Source: the human T2T-CHM13v2.0 reference genome, Homo sapiens. From it: a stretch of DNA of 64,000 bases. Positions 15,601 to 29,829 of the stretch are shown one piece after another. The translations under genes were made by a program, and so were the position numbers. The stretch is taken from assembly GCF_009914755.1 (NCBI RefSeq), contig NC_060947.1. The stretch is one strand, 5' to 3'. How positions within the stretch are numbered: the first letter of the stretch is position 1; every line of letters begins with the position of its first letter. The notes under the pieces were generated by a model. The model saw nothing but the letters and a program-made list of their open reading frames with translations. It made no database searches and was not told where the DNA came from.

Positions 15601-18600
15601 ATATCCTCCTGCTTTAAGTGATTATTTCCTAGAAACTGAGCATCAGAGGGATATACCTGTGGGGTTGGCATAATGCACTTACCTTACAGCTCGACCTCTT
15701 CATTTGGTTTTCAGTTGCTACCATCAATCACAATGTCCATGGAGCGAGGATGGAAAATGGCCAACCGCAACAGGATAATGTCTTGTCAAATGTTCTATTT
15801 GGGCTTATTAATATGGCAGGAACTGGTACTCCTTCAGTTAGTACCAGGGATCTGTGTATGTGTTTTATTTTCTTGCACTGTCCTTCTTGGTTTCCATATG
15901 CATGCATAGTGTCATGAAGGGAAGAAGGTTGTTTTGTGAATTATCTTTCCTGGACTCAACTTGAGGGGCCTCAGTTCATCATATGATGTATTATCCTGCT
16001 TTATGGGATAATTTCCTAGAAACTTATCATCAGTGGAATATACCGGTGGGATTGACATAATGCACTTACCTCACAGCTCGACCTCTTCCTTTGGTTTCCA
16101 GATGCTACCATCACTCACAATGTCCGTGAAGAGACGACGGAAAATGGCCAATGCCAAACTGATAACGTCGTATCAACTGTTCCACCACAGCTTGGTCATA
16201 TGGCAGCAGCTGGTATTCCATCCATGAGCACCAGGGATCTGTGTATGTCTATTAATTAGTTGTACTGTCATACTTGATTTCCATGTGCATACTTATTTTC
16301 ATGAATTATAGAAGGTGGTTTCGTAGTATATTCTTTCCTAACCTCCATTTGAGGGGTCTCAGTTGACCACATGGCATATCCTCGCCTGCTTTCTTAGATA
16401 ACTTCCTAGAAACTGAGCATCAGAGGGATATACCTGTAGGGCTGACATAATGCACTTACCTCACAGCTCAACTTCTTCATGTGGTTTCCAGATTTTACCA
16501 TCACTCACAATGTCTGTGAAGAAAAGACAAAAAATGACCAAACAGCACCTGATAAATTCTTGTCAACTGTTACAGCAGGGCTTATGAATTTCGCAGGAGC
16601 TGGTATTCCACCCCTGAGTACCAGGGATAAGTGTATGTTTGTTTAATAGTTGTACTGTCCTACTTGGTTTCCATACGCATGCAGTGTCATGCAGGGAAGA
16701 AGATGGTTTTGTTATATTATCTTTTCTGGCCTAAATTTGAGGGGTCTCCGATCACCACCTGATATATCCTCCTGCGTTATGGAGCAATTTCTTAGAAACT
16801 GAGCTTCAGAGGGATATACCTGTGGTGTTGACATAATGCACTTACCTCACAGCTCGACCTCTTCCTTTGGCTTCCAGATGCTACCGTCACTCAAAATGTC
16901 CGTGAAGAGAGGATGGAAAATAACCAACCATCATCTAATAACGTCTTGTCAACTCTTCTACCAGGACTTACTTATTTGGCAACAGCTGGTATTCTAGCCA
17001 TGAGTACCGGGGATCAGTGTATGTTTGCTTATTCAGTTGTACTGTCCTACTTGGTTTTTTCAGATTGATACCTGGCATATCCTCCTTCTTTATGAGATAA
17101 TTTCCTAGATACTGAGCATCAGTGGGGTATGCCTGTGTGGTTGACATAATGCACTTACCTCACAGCTCAACCACTTCATTTGGTTTCCAGATGCTGCAGT
17201 CACTCACATCGTCTGTGAGAAGATAAATAACGACCAGCCAGCACCTGATAACATCTTGTCAACTGTTCCACCGTGGATTGGTAATATGGCTGCAGCTGGA
17301 ATTTCATCCACGAGTACCAGGGATCTGTGTATGTCTGCTTATTAGTTGTATTGTCCTACTTGTTTCCTCTAAGCAGGCCTATTTTCATGAATGGTAGAAG
17401 GTAAGTTTGCTGTATATTCTTTTCTATCCTCAATTTGGGGGGTGTCACATGGCCACCTGGCATATCCTCCCTTGCTTTCTTTGATAATTTCCTAGAAATT
17501 GAGTTTCAGAGGGATATACCTGTGGGGTTGACATAATGCACTTACCTGACAGCTCAACCTCTTCATTTCGTTTACAGATGCTACGGCCAGTCTCAATGTC
17601 CATGAAGAGAGGATGGAAAATAGCCAACCGCAACCGGATAACATCTTGTCAAATGTTCTATCGGGGCTTATTAATATGGCAGGAGCTGGTATTCCAGCCA
17701 TGAGTACCAGAGATCTGTGTATGCTCACTTTTTAGTTGGATTTTCCTACTTGGTTTCCATTTGCATGCATAGTGTCATGAAGGGGCGAAGGTGGTTTTGT
17801 TGTATTATGTTTTTTGCCTCCATTTGAGGGGTCTCAGGACAACGCCTGTCATGTCCTCCTGCTCCATGTAATAATTTCGTAGAAGCTGAGCATCAGAGGG
17901 ATATATTTGTGGGTTGAAATAAGGCACTTACTTCACAGCTCGACCTCAACATTTGGTTTCCAGATGCTACCATCACTCACAATGTCTGTGACGAGAGGAT
18001 GGAAAATGACCAACCACAACTTAATAATGTCTTGTTAACTTTTCCACCAGGGCATATTAACATGGCAGTAGCTGGTTTTCCGACCATGAGTCCTAGGGAT
18101 CTGTGTATGTTTGTTTACTACTTGTACGGTCTTACCTGGTTATTATATGAAGGCATGGTGTCATAAAGGGAAGAAGATGGTTTTGTTTTATCTTTCATGA
18201 CCTCAATTTGAGGGATTTCAGATCACTAACTGGCGTATCCTCTCCTCCTTTATGAGTTAGCTTCCTAGAAACTGAGCATGACAGGGATATACCTGTGGAG
18301 TTGCCAAAATGCACTTACCTCACAGCTCAACATTTTCCTTTGGTTTCTAGATGCTACCGTCAATCAGTGTCTATGAAGTGAGGATGGAAAATAACCAACC
18401 ACAATCTAATAACGTCTTGTCAACTGTTAAACCAGGGCATATTAACATGGCAGCAGCTGGTATTCCAGCTATGAGCACCAAGGATCTGTGTATGTTTGCT
18501 TATAAGTTGGATTGTCCTACTTGGTTTTCATATGCATGCATAGTGTTATCAAGGGAAGAAGGTGATTTGGTTGGTTGTACCTTCTTTCATGAGCTCAATT

Positions 18601-19655
18601 TGAGTGTTCTCAGATCACCACCTGGCATACCCTCTCCTGCTTCATGAAATATTTTCCTAGAAACTGAGCATCAGACGGATATACCTGTGGGGTTACCACA
18701 GTACACTTATCTTACAACTCAACCTCTTCATCTGGTTTCCAGATGCTACAGTCACTCACCATGTCCGTGGAGAGAAGATAAATAATGGCCAACCAGCACC
18801 TGATAACTTCTTGTCATCCGTTACACCAGGGCTTATTAATGTGTCAGTAGATGGTATTCCACCCATGAGTACCAGGGATCAGTGTATGTTTGTTTACTAG
18901 TTGTTTCTACTTGGTTTCCTACTTGGTTTCCATATGCATGCAGTGTCATAAGTCGAAGAAGGTGGTTTTATTGTATTATCTTTCATGAGCTCAATTTCAG
19001 GGGTCTCAGGTTGCCACCTGGTATATCCTTCTGCTTTATGAGATAATGTCCTAAAAAGTGAGCATCAGAGGGATATCCTGTGGGGTTGACATAATGCACT
19101 TACCTCACAGCTTGATGTATTCTTCTGGTTTCTAGATGTTACTGTCACTCACAATGCCCATGAAGAGAAGATGGAAAATGGCCAACAAGCAGCTGATAAC
19201 ATCTTGTCAGCTGTTCCACTGGGGCTTATTAATACACCAGAAGCTGGTATTCCAGCCATGAGTACCAATGATCTGTGTATGTTAACTTATAAGTTGGATG
19301 GTCCTACTTGGTTTCCATATGCGTGCATGGTGTCATGAAAGGGAGAAGGGGATTTTGTTATATTATATTTCATGACCTCAATTTAAGGGATTTCATATCA
19401 CCACCTGGCATGTCCTCCTGCTTTGTGCAATAATTTCCTAGCAAGTGAGCATCAGAGGAATATACCCTGCAGGGTTGATATAATGTACTTACCTCACAGC
19501 TCGACCTCTTGTTGTTTCCAGATGCCACCACCACTCACAATGTCCATGAAGAGAAGATGAAAAACAAGCACCTGATAACTCCTTGTCAGTGGTTCCACTG
19601 GGGCATATTAATCTGTCAGGAGCTGGTATTTCATCCAGGAGTACCAGGGATCTGT
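12615..19655 (+). repeat. Tandem exon-intron array: 19 units of ~387 bp, each with a SAGE 47-aa repeat exon
   Basis: Exon starts 12615, 13008, 13395, 13783, 14166, 14553, 14942, 15330, 15715, 16102, 16492, 16878, 17191, 17578, 17964, 18351, 18743, 19136, 19522; consensus ttccag|ATGCTAC...GATC(T/A)GT|gtatgt. Confidence 0.92.
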
Positions 19656-19902
19656 GTATGTTTGTGTATTGCTTGTACTGTCCTACTTGGTTTCCATATG
19701 CATACATAGTGTCCTGCAGGGAAGAAGGTGGTTTTGTTGTATCATCTTTCTTGAGCTCAGTTTGAGGGGTCTCGGATAGCCACCTGGTGTATCTTCCTGC
19801 TTTATGAGATAATATCCTAGAAACTGAGCCTCAGATGGATATAGCTGTGGGGGTGACATAATGCACTTATCTCACAGCTCAACTTTTTCATTTGGATTCC
19901 AG

Positions 19903-20271
19903 ATGCTACTGTCATTCACAATATCCAAGAGGAGGAGATGGAAAATGGTCAAACGCCTCCTAATGGCTTCCTGTTAAATTCTGCTCCACCAGAGCTTATA
20001 AATATGACAGGAGATCATATGCCACCCAACGCATTGGATTCTTTCTCCTACAACTTCACTAGTCTCAGCAGATATAAGCTGCTTTACAAACCTGATAGTA
20101 ATGACTTGTGGTAGGCACCAAAAATGGTCTCTGCAGGTGACCCACCAGTCACAGCAATGTCTTCAGTGGAAACTGTGCCAAATATACCACAAATATCTCC
20201 TGCCATGGCAAAGAAAATTAATCATGATATAAAATGTCAATTAATGAAAGAAGTTTGAAGGTTTGGGCAAA
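19903..20271 (+). pseudogene. SAGE-like large exon (last repeat plus start of INTS6/SAGE1/CT45-type C-terminal region), with stops
   Basis: [19 protein letters not shown]...LLYKPDSN then TAG at 20112-20114 after a 1-nt loss; later [18 protein letters not shown] (TGA 20256-20258, likely CGA>TGA); donor gtaagt at 20272. Confidence 0.88.
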
Positions 20272-20640
20272 GTAAGTAGTGCAAGGATGACTATCAATGA
20301 AAGCATGCCAAGTCTCTCATTCTATGATTTAGAACAGAATTAAGCTGCCTCTTGAGCTCATTGCTGGGCTGAATTGGATCTGTATATGATTTAGCATGAC
20401 TTCTATTTAATTTCACTGAAAATTTCTAACACATCTGCTTAAGTGTTTTGTTTTCCTTTGTTAATGTTCACAACAGTTTCCTTAGTAATATACAGGTGTT
20501 GTGATTTAAGCATTCAAACACAAACACTACGTAACATTGTAACCCATGAAAAATGTATACAGTGGTAGTGGATGCACTAAGATTGAGGTATATTTCATTT
20601 TCATAATTCTAGAAATACTAATATTTTAAAATATCTTCAG

Positions 20641-20734
20641 ATTATAAAACAATTTTCATTTTGCTTGAAGAACTACAAGGATCTATGAAAGTCAAGAGAC
20701 AATTTGTTGAATTTACCATCAGGGAAGCAGCAAG
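20641..20734 (+). pseudogene. SAGE-like penultimate exon
   Basis: ttcag|AT TAT AAA ACA ATT TTC...GCA GCA AG|gtgggt = [30 protein letters not shown]. Confidence 0.88.
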
Positions 20735-21118
20735 GTGGGTGCAAAAAGGAACTCTGCTGTTGTTTTAAGCACTTGCGCCCAATTTGGGACAGGGGCAGGA
20801 AAAAATCATGCCTTGTTCTTCCTAATCCCTGGCCCTCAATCATAGTTCATACTATTTCCACAGGCAGTTAGGTTGATATTATCTTATTCTAACACTTTCT
20901 TCCAATGCCATGGAGCCTTCCAAATTTACCATAATCTGGGAGTGGGCGTGGGTCCTCAGTTGAATCACTTTGTATTTTTCTAGTTTGTATCTTTCCATGA
21001 GGATGCATTTTCTATTTGCATGTCGATTGTAAACTCTATTTTGTATCCACTACTACCTCTTACAACTCGTAGATCCTGTAGGTATCCTCTGGTTAATGGA
21101 ATACCTCTTTAATTTCAG

Positions 21119-21380
21119 GTTTAAAAAAGTTGCCTTAATTCAGCAACTCGAGAAGGTGCTTAAAGATATAGGTTCCTACTGCCATCTCAGAAAAGTTAAG
21201 CACATGAGAAAAAAAATAATTGTTTTAGTGCAAAGACCAAGGAGAAACAAGGATACACGCAGCAGGATGGAACAGGTTATTACTGAAGCTCCCTATAATT
21301 TTGAAGCGAAGAGAATTCCCTTCCAAAAGCTAAGAAAAAAAGAGGTAACTTTTTATATTTAATAAATCTCCCTTAATAAA
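21119..21380 (+). pseudogene. SAGE-like terminal exon with two AATAAA signals
   Basis: ttcag|G TTT AAA AAA...=[31 protein letters not shown]; AATAAA at 21361-21366 and 21375-21380 followed by T/GT-rich sequence. Confidence 0.85.
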
Positions 21381-22656
21381 AGCTGCACTTTTGTTTGTTT
21401 GTTTGTTCTTCCGCCGGAGGAGGGGCATGAGTCAATAACTCAGCAAGGTATTTAGTATTACAGTCCTGGTTTCTGCAGCAGCTCACATTGTTGTAGCTGG
21501 TATTTATAACTGCCTTCTTTCACTACCCATTTCTCATTCCCTTTGCCCTGAGATAGCATGTCAGCTGGTCATGATGCTTGGTCTGGCAGGATGACTCAAA
21601 CCTTCATTACTGAACAGTCTGGACCAATAGATATCCTGCCTGGATTGGGTTGCTGTAATTTTCCATTAAGTGTAATAAACATGAGAGGACTAAGAAGCTG
21701 TCTAGACATATCAAACATACTCTTTTTAGCCCCTGGTGTAGTGCAATTAATCCCCCTTTGGTTGTCAGGTTCATCACCCCCAGCCAGTAGATGACCCCCT
21801 CCTTTGCCTCTAGATGGAAAGTGATGAAGAGAACAAAATGGCCTGCTGGCAGTATCGATCTCTTTTCAATGGAGTCACTGTTGTGTCCCTTGTCAAAAGC
21901 ATTTCTTCCTTTGGAACTAAGACTTCTAGTACAGGAGAGCCTAAAATCAGAAGGACAGGAAGCACTTATGCTAGTGGTTCACGGCGGGGAAAGTGAGTAG
22001 AGACACTCCCAGTTATACCCCTTCGTTCTAAGACGAATGAATCCTGACTATTGGAGAGAAAGCAGACTATGTTGGATGCAGACATACAGCAAACACTGCT
22101 TCTAAAAGTAATTTCTCAGACCTGCAAGGTATTGCCACTTAGCTAGCACTGTAACCGAGTTGTACAAGACCATTTCAGTTTCTGTTCATCCAGTCAGGTT
22201 CAGATTATGGGGGACACATTGGGAGGCTGATTTGGAATCAAAAAACAATGAGGCCAAGACAGTATCATGTCTATAAAGAAGATGATGGGGGATAGGGAGA
22301 TATAAATAATAAGACCAGTGAATTCCTATGAACACGGGCCCATCACTGCACTTTATTTTCTGGGAAGCGAGTGCCTTGTTTGGAGGTGATGCTGTGTGGA
22401 ATACCATGATGGTAAATAAAGCATTTTCTAAGTGCACAAATGTTGATTTTCTGAAATTACTGTGGTTGGGAAGGAAGATCCATATTCAGAATAAGTGTCA
22501 ATTTGAGTAAGAACACAGCCCTGTCCCTTCCATAGTGGAAGTGGTCCAATGTAATCACCTGCCATCTGGTAACTGGCTGATCACGCTGGAGACAGGTGCC
22601 ATATAAGAGACTCAGTGTTGCTCTCTGTTCTAGCAGATTGTACACTCAGCAATGAC

Positions 22657-23118
22657 TAATTGCAGAATTTTGCTCCTTAGTTCAGTTAAAACCGAGTTCA
22701 CACGAACGGGGAAGATTAGGTTCGCGGACACATTGAAGGGTGAGGAGCTGAATTTATTGGTTAAAAAAGAAAAATAGGGAGGAAAAAAAATCTCTCGGCA
22801 AAGTGAGAGGGAGTCCTGCTAAGAGGCCCCCATCTCACAGATTGATTCCGGGCCACCGCACAGGAACCGAAGAGACCAGGCTCCACACCGCCACCCCTGC
22901 ACAAGGTGCAAACTTCCCATGGCTCCACACCCTTCCCCCAGTACACACGATGCTAATATTAAGAAAGAATCAGTTGGGAATGGGCTAGCAAACAGTGCCA
23001 GTTCTTCTGGCTGCAGGTTTCATTCGGTAGCAGCAGTCTGGTTTCTCAACCTTCAGGCCATTTTAGGCTTGAAGGCGGGGTTTCACCGGGGACCCCTGGC
23101 TGTCTCATGTCTCTATCA
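22657..23118. mobile_element. ERV1-type solo LTR
   Basis: 'ttttgctccttagttcagttaaaaccgagttc...ggcttgaaggcggggtttcaccggggaccc...ctctatca' resembles the LTR27/28/MER52/MER61 group; subfamily not resolved. Confidence 0.6.
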
Positions 23119-23634
23119 ACTGTAGCCAGGTTGGCCTTGGTGAGTGGAAGTCCATGCTACTGAAGCAAAATCTCTATCCTTGGTCACCTTGGCCACTCTG
23201 TGAGCTCACGAGGTTATGACACCAATGTTGGGGAAAGAGGCTGATTAATATCTAGATAATAGGTACTTTATCCTTCAGATTATTAAAATTCTGCTCTACA
23301 GAGGTTACCCTTTGCTGAGAACTCTCATGAGACCTAAGTATCTTCACATTGTATATCCATTTGGACTACTCTATCCACATATTTTTTCCCAGACCTCCTT
23401 GTCATAAATTTTCAATCATGTGTCCACAAAGTCCTTGATCATACAGCCAATAAACGAGACACGGCCTAAACATGGATACATACTTATAGTCTGGCCATCT
23501 CTCCTCCACACAGAAACACTGCTCAAGCATCTTCCCTCTTGGAGGATTTCCCTTCACCACTGTCCTTCAGAGCTATCCCAGTTGGGCCTGTCGTAATGAA
23601 GCTGTCCGCTTCTGGCTTTTGTGGTAGACAGGCA

Positions 23635-24012
23635 TTATGAACAGACTGAATATTTGTGTCCTCTGAGAATTCATATGATGAAACCCTAACTCCCAGTGGG
23701 ATGATATTTGGAGGTGGAGCTTTTGGGAGGTAATTAGGTTTAGATGTGTTCATGATGTTTGGGTCCCTATGATGAGATTAGTGCCCTTATAATTAGAGAA
23801 AAGGGAACTTGTTCTTCCATGCCTCTTCAACGTGTGAGGCTACCGCAAGGTGGCTGACTGCAAGCCAGGAAGAGGCCCCCCACCAGAATTTGAGCATGTT
23901 GGCACCCTGATCTTGGATTTCTAGCTTCCAGAACCTTGAGAAAGAAATGTCTGGTGATGAAGCCACCCAGTCTGTGGTATTCTGTGATAGCAACTCGAGC
24001 TGACTGAGACAG
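23635..24012 (+). mobile_element. MaLR LTR (MLT1A/B-like)
   Basis: ctgaatatttgtgtcc...ttggaggtggagcttttgggaggtaattagg...gtggtattctgtgatagcaactcgagctgactgagaca. Confidence 0.75.
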
Positions 24013-24076
24013 CTGTAGTCTGATTCCCCAGACTCCCATCTCCTGTATACTCGATCAAGCAATAATCCCAATACTG

Positions 24077-24603
24077 CTATGGTGGGATTTTGCTGGATAA
24101 CTAATGTCTCAAGCCAGTTGACCCTGAGACACGAATGTGGTGTGGGTGGGCCAGACCTGGCAGGGGAATCCTTGAGAAGCAGAGCATTTTCCTTACCAAG
24201 GAGCAGAAGAAGAGGTAAGGGAATCAAAGTGCAAGAAGGATGTGACACAGCAGGCCCGCTTTGAGGATAAAGCAGTGCTCCCAAGAAGGTATAGGATGGC
24301 TCTAGGTGTTTAGTGCAGTTTCTGGATGACAGCCAGCAAAAAAATGGGAACCACATTCCTACCACCTTAAGGAACTAGGTCTAAATGAGCAATAACCTGA
24401 ATAAGCTTAGAAGTGGATTATTCCGCAGTCTCCACATCAGCACCCACCCGGCCTGACATTTTGAGTTGGCCTTGGGAGACAGTCAGCGGAGAGGCCGGTC
24501 AAACCTTCCTGGTCTTGACTTGCAGAAGTGTGGATAATTAATGTGTGTTGTTTTAGGCTGCTCAATTTGGGGTAATTTGTTATGTGGCAATAGAAAATTA
24601 ACA
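24077..24603 (+). mobile_element. MaLR LTR (MLT1-type)
   Basis: Ends with typical aatttggggtaatttgttatgtggcaatagaaaattaaca. Confidence 0.6.
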
Positions 24604-25133
24604 GCGGTGCTGCCAGCCCATTATAAAGAAAGAAAAGTAAGCCAGGCCTAGGGATTTTTTTATTGTTTGTTTTTCTGACAACTCTGTTCCTAAGGAAGCT
24701 GCCCTTGGAGCCATAGGTGTGGATTCAGAGAGCTTTTTCTTGTACTAGGCCAAACTCAGAAGTAGCAGATTTTCCGGTCATTAGAAGATAAGTCACAGCA
24801 GCACACCTCGATGAGGTACATGTTACCACCATCAGAACCTAAGGAGGCCCACTATATTTTGCGTGTCCCCTTTGAATGGTAGGAAGGGTGAGATGTACCT
24901 ACTTGCTGTTCACCTGATAAGTACTATGTTGATATTTCACTAAGTTAAAAGGCCCCTGATTTTTTGTGCAAATTAATACTTCGGTTGTCATGTCAGTATG
25001 TTACCAGTGTGTCTAGAGTAGTTGCTAGGTCCTGCTCAATCAGCATAACGTCCTCAATGCAAAGAAATGGTGTCACATGGTGGGAAGGAAAGGAGATCAA
25101 GATCCCTAAGGACTAGTTTGGGACATAAGTTTA

Positions 25134-26042
25134 TGATGCAGGATACTTTCTTGACCCCTTCACAGGACACATGACAGGGGTGCCCAGCCACTTTGGCACC
25201 AGCAGGAGCAAACTCCTTTTCCTTGGGCCCACCACACCCCACCTCTCACGGGATGGAGCATGTAGACAAGTGAGTGTGGCAACTGGCCAGCTGCTTTGGC
25301 GCTGGCAGGAGCAACCTCCATGCAGGCACTGTGGCACCATCTGGGTAGGAGTGCCTGCAACCCCAAGGCCCCAGAGTGCATGTTACAATGCTCTGTTAGC
25401 TCCACCATCCATGGACAGCAGTGTGTTATCAGCTCAGTGGGACCTTTGCCTCATCGCATGGGGTGGCTGCCCTCTGTCAGCAAGGGCAAAGGGCCAGTGT
25501 GACAGCCTTTTTGGGTACTCATACTTGGTGCGTCCCAAATTCTTGTCTGGTGCCCAAGAAGAATGAGGTCACACAGACTAATTGAAGTGAAGGATGGTGA
25601 GTGCAGAGAATTTTGTTTTGCGATGAAAGCAGCTTTCAGGGGAGAAGGCAGCTGGAAAGGGGACGTGAAGGGCAGGTCACTCTCCCCTGAAGTCAAATCG
25701 CCTCTCTGCCTCTCTCCTCGGAAGTCAAATTGCTTCTGCCCGACCTCTAGCTGTCATCTCTGAAGTCAAGTCACTTCTCCTTGATGTCCGGCTGCTTCTC
25801 CTCTCTAGTGGCTGAATCTGGGGTCTTTACAAACATGGGACATGGGGCAGGATGGGCCATAGGTGGTTTTGGGAAAGGCAAAATTCGATTGGTAAAAAAA
25901 TATTATTCAGAAAAAACCAATTGGCAGGGAGTGGCCAAGATGGGATAGAAGTCCTCACTTCAGGCTTTTCAGCTTGAAGGTGGGGTTGCACCAAGGACTC
26001 ACCCTTGTCTGCCTAGAGTTTCTTTGCCTCCTGCCTGTATCA
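25134..26042. mobile_element. ERV1-type solo LTR (LTR1/27/28/MER52 group)
   Basis: TG...CA ends (tgatgcagg...tgtatca), flanks ttta/ctta as imperfect 4-bp TSD; internal 'ccaagaagaatgaggtcacacagac'. Confidence 0.65.
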
Positions 26043-26148
26043 CTTAGAGAGTTGATGTAAGACTGAGGTAGGAAGGAAAAGGGTTTTGCTGGCCTTGCCA
26101 GCTGAAAGCAAACAGTTCCTCCTGATCTTTAAAAAACATGTTTAGAGA

Positions 26149-27071
<923 letters not shown>

Positions 27072-28576
27072 AAACATGTATAGAGAAAAACACAGTCACA
27101 TGATCTCACACACACACACAAACATATATGTGTGTATATATGCATACATAATGTTAAATTTCTATCTAATGTTAAACATCTGTATAAAAGGGAGCTGTTA
27201 TGTAAAATTGGTCGGATATAGTATTTTTACAGGACTATGCTCTCTGTATAAGGCTATTATCTCAGTATAATACCGGACAAGGAGTGAAACATTTCTGGAC
27301 TTGCTAAACCATATTTTGTGCTACAAGAATAGAGTGGAAGCACCCAGTGAGGGTGCGTTTGCCAAAATGCTGCCCTCAGTAAGCAGAGAGGCTCTCACCC
27401 CAAATACCTGAGGCTCCTGGGTCTGGGCAAGGAGCAGCCCTGTGCAGCAGGCAGGCTGGACATTTGGCTTCTTAGACTCTGTTCCAGCCCTAGCTGCCTA
27501 TGACCTGAGATTTGTCTTTCCCTTCTTGGGGCCTCATTTGTAATATCTCTGGAAAATGGCAATCCCGGGATAACTGATGTCTGACGTTCCTTGTGGCCTT
27601 GACAGTCGTGTCTGGGGAGATTGCTTTCCCTGGCCACAAGAGCGGTGTGTTTCTGTAATTCTTTTATTCTAAAGATTTTTGAAAGCCACTTTGTTGGAAC
27701 ACCAATCATTTCCCATCAGGAGCTTAAAGCAATCTTCAGACACTCGTTATGATGTTTCCTTCATTCAACAAATGTTCCTCAAGGGTTTTCCAGTGCTGGT
27801 TCTCTCCTAGACACTGGGGAGATGATGGCGAAAAGGCCACATGGTTGGCATTTCACCATCTTATGCATTAGGGTGCCTCTGGTTGCAATGAGCAGAGAAT
27901 CTCCCTGCCTGTGGGAGTAGCCGAAGACATCACACATTGAGAAGTCTGCAGGGAAGCAGGCAGGGTAGGGCCAGGACTTGGTTCAGATGAAGGAGGCAAA
28001 ATTTTGGGGGAAAGCAAGGCACTTGGTAATCAAGATGAGGAGTAGTTTGCCATAATTTTTCAAAAATCAAAATTAATACAAAACATCCACAATGAACAAT
28101 ATATCAAAATTTAAAATAAAGGCAGGATTTGCCCTTGCACCTGCAGAGCCCTGAACGTTGTGCACGTGGAGGGGACACATGGGTGCCACAGTCCTACTAC
28201 TTAAAAACGTCTCACTTGCAATTTTCTGTGAAGGCCACTGCTTCCTTCTGAGGGAAGCTGGCAATTGTTCTCTTTCTATGCTCATGCAATCCATATTGCC
28301 ACAGGGTGGAAAAAAGAAATAGTTTGATTTAATTACAAATATGTCTGTGCAATTTTTGAAAATATTCTAAAGAACCCTCAAGTAGGTCGTGAAAATTTTA
28401 TTCCTTAAAATATTTGACTTTTCAGAAATAGAATTTCATCAAATATGAAACATTTTCTGAAAAAGTATTCTTTCCAAGGAAAATAGCAATTATCAAGAAA
28501 CTTTTGTACTTTATTCACTGAAGGCAGTTATGAAAATTACACTGGTGTTCACTTCATTTTTAAAAAATTAATTTTT

Positions 28577-28883
<307 letters not shown>

Positions 28884-29509
28884 TTAATTAATTTTCAAGA
28901 GTTTTTTAAAGTCAGATTTGTTCAGAAGCCTGGTGTGAAATTTTTTACTCTTCATAACTATTTATTTTTTATCTTTATATAAATTTCTATGTACATCGGT
29001 GTAATGACTAAATATTTCAAAAGAATCCATAATTAATTTAAATTACTTGATTATGTGTTAGCACATTTATTCTACATGGACTATATCAATTAAAAGTAAA
29101 TATTTTTGTCAATTATGCTACAATTATTTAGAGAGTTAAGGCACCAAAGGTAAGTGATGTAATGTTCAAGAATGAAGTAAAATGCATGTGGAAATTCATC
29201 AGAATTACAGGATTCACTCAGTTATGAGAGTGACTAGAAGAAAGTATTGCAGCTACTGAAAATAAATGTTTTCCTGTCATTGACATTATTAGAATAGAGT
29301 TACCCTCAAATCCACTGAAAACTAAGGAAACTTTTTGAAATCGTGGGAAGAAATTGAAGGAGAGTGTTAGATATTTCAGAAACATGTTGACGTTTGAGCT
29401 AATGAAACAAAAGGGGTTTACTGGAAAGAATATGGACAAAACCAAGAACAACATGCAGATTCTAATGTATTCATATAATGACTGGAGATTTTTTAAAATA
29501 CAGGTGTGT

Positions 29510-29800
29510 GGCCGGGCACGATATCTCACACCTGTAATCCCAGCACTTTGGGGAACTGAGGCGGGAGGATCACTTGAGCCCAGGAGTATGCGACCAGCCT
29601 GGGCACCATGGCGAGACCACATCTCAGCAAAACATACAAAAATTAGCTGGGTGTGGTGGTGCACACCTGTAGCCCTAGCTACTCAGGAGGTCAGGAGGAT
29701 TGTTTGGGCTCAGAAGATCGAGGCTGCAGTGAGCTGTGATCCCAATAGTGCACTGACTGGGCAACAAGTGAGGCCCTGTCTAAAAAAAAAAAAAAAAAAG
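29510..29800 (+). mobile_element. Alu (AluJ-like)
   Basis: ggccgggcacg...ggatcacttgagcccagg...gaggctgcagtgagc, poly-A tail. Confidence 0.88.
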
Positions 29801-29829
29801 ACATTTATTCCAAATAATATATGTCTTTA

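Larger units (their letters stand above)
21470..25130 (-). mobile_element. Decayed ERVL/MaLR internal sequence interrupted by later LTRs
   Basis: General resemblance to ERVL/MLT internal region, no intact ORF; family and strand tentative. Confidence 0.4.

Noticed and set aside
12410-19900. CRISPR-like or satellite interpretation of the periodic array, and its many 60-110 aa ORFs
   Set aside because: Units are ~387-bp eukaryotic exon-intron duplicates with AG/GT sites; the listed ORFs are off-frame or antisense reads running through introns.
23793-24365. 190-aa ORF on - strand
   Set aside because: Lies across antisense MaLR LTRs; no recognisable domain.
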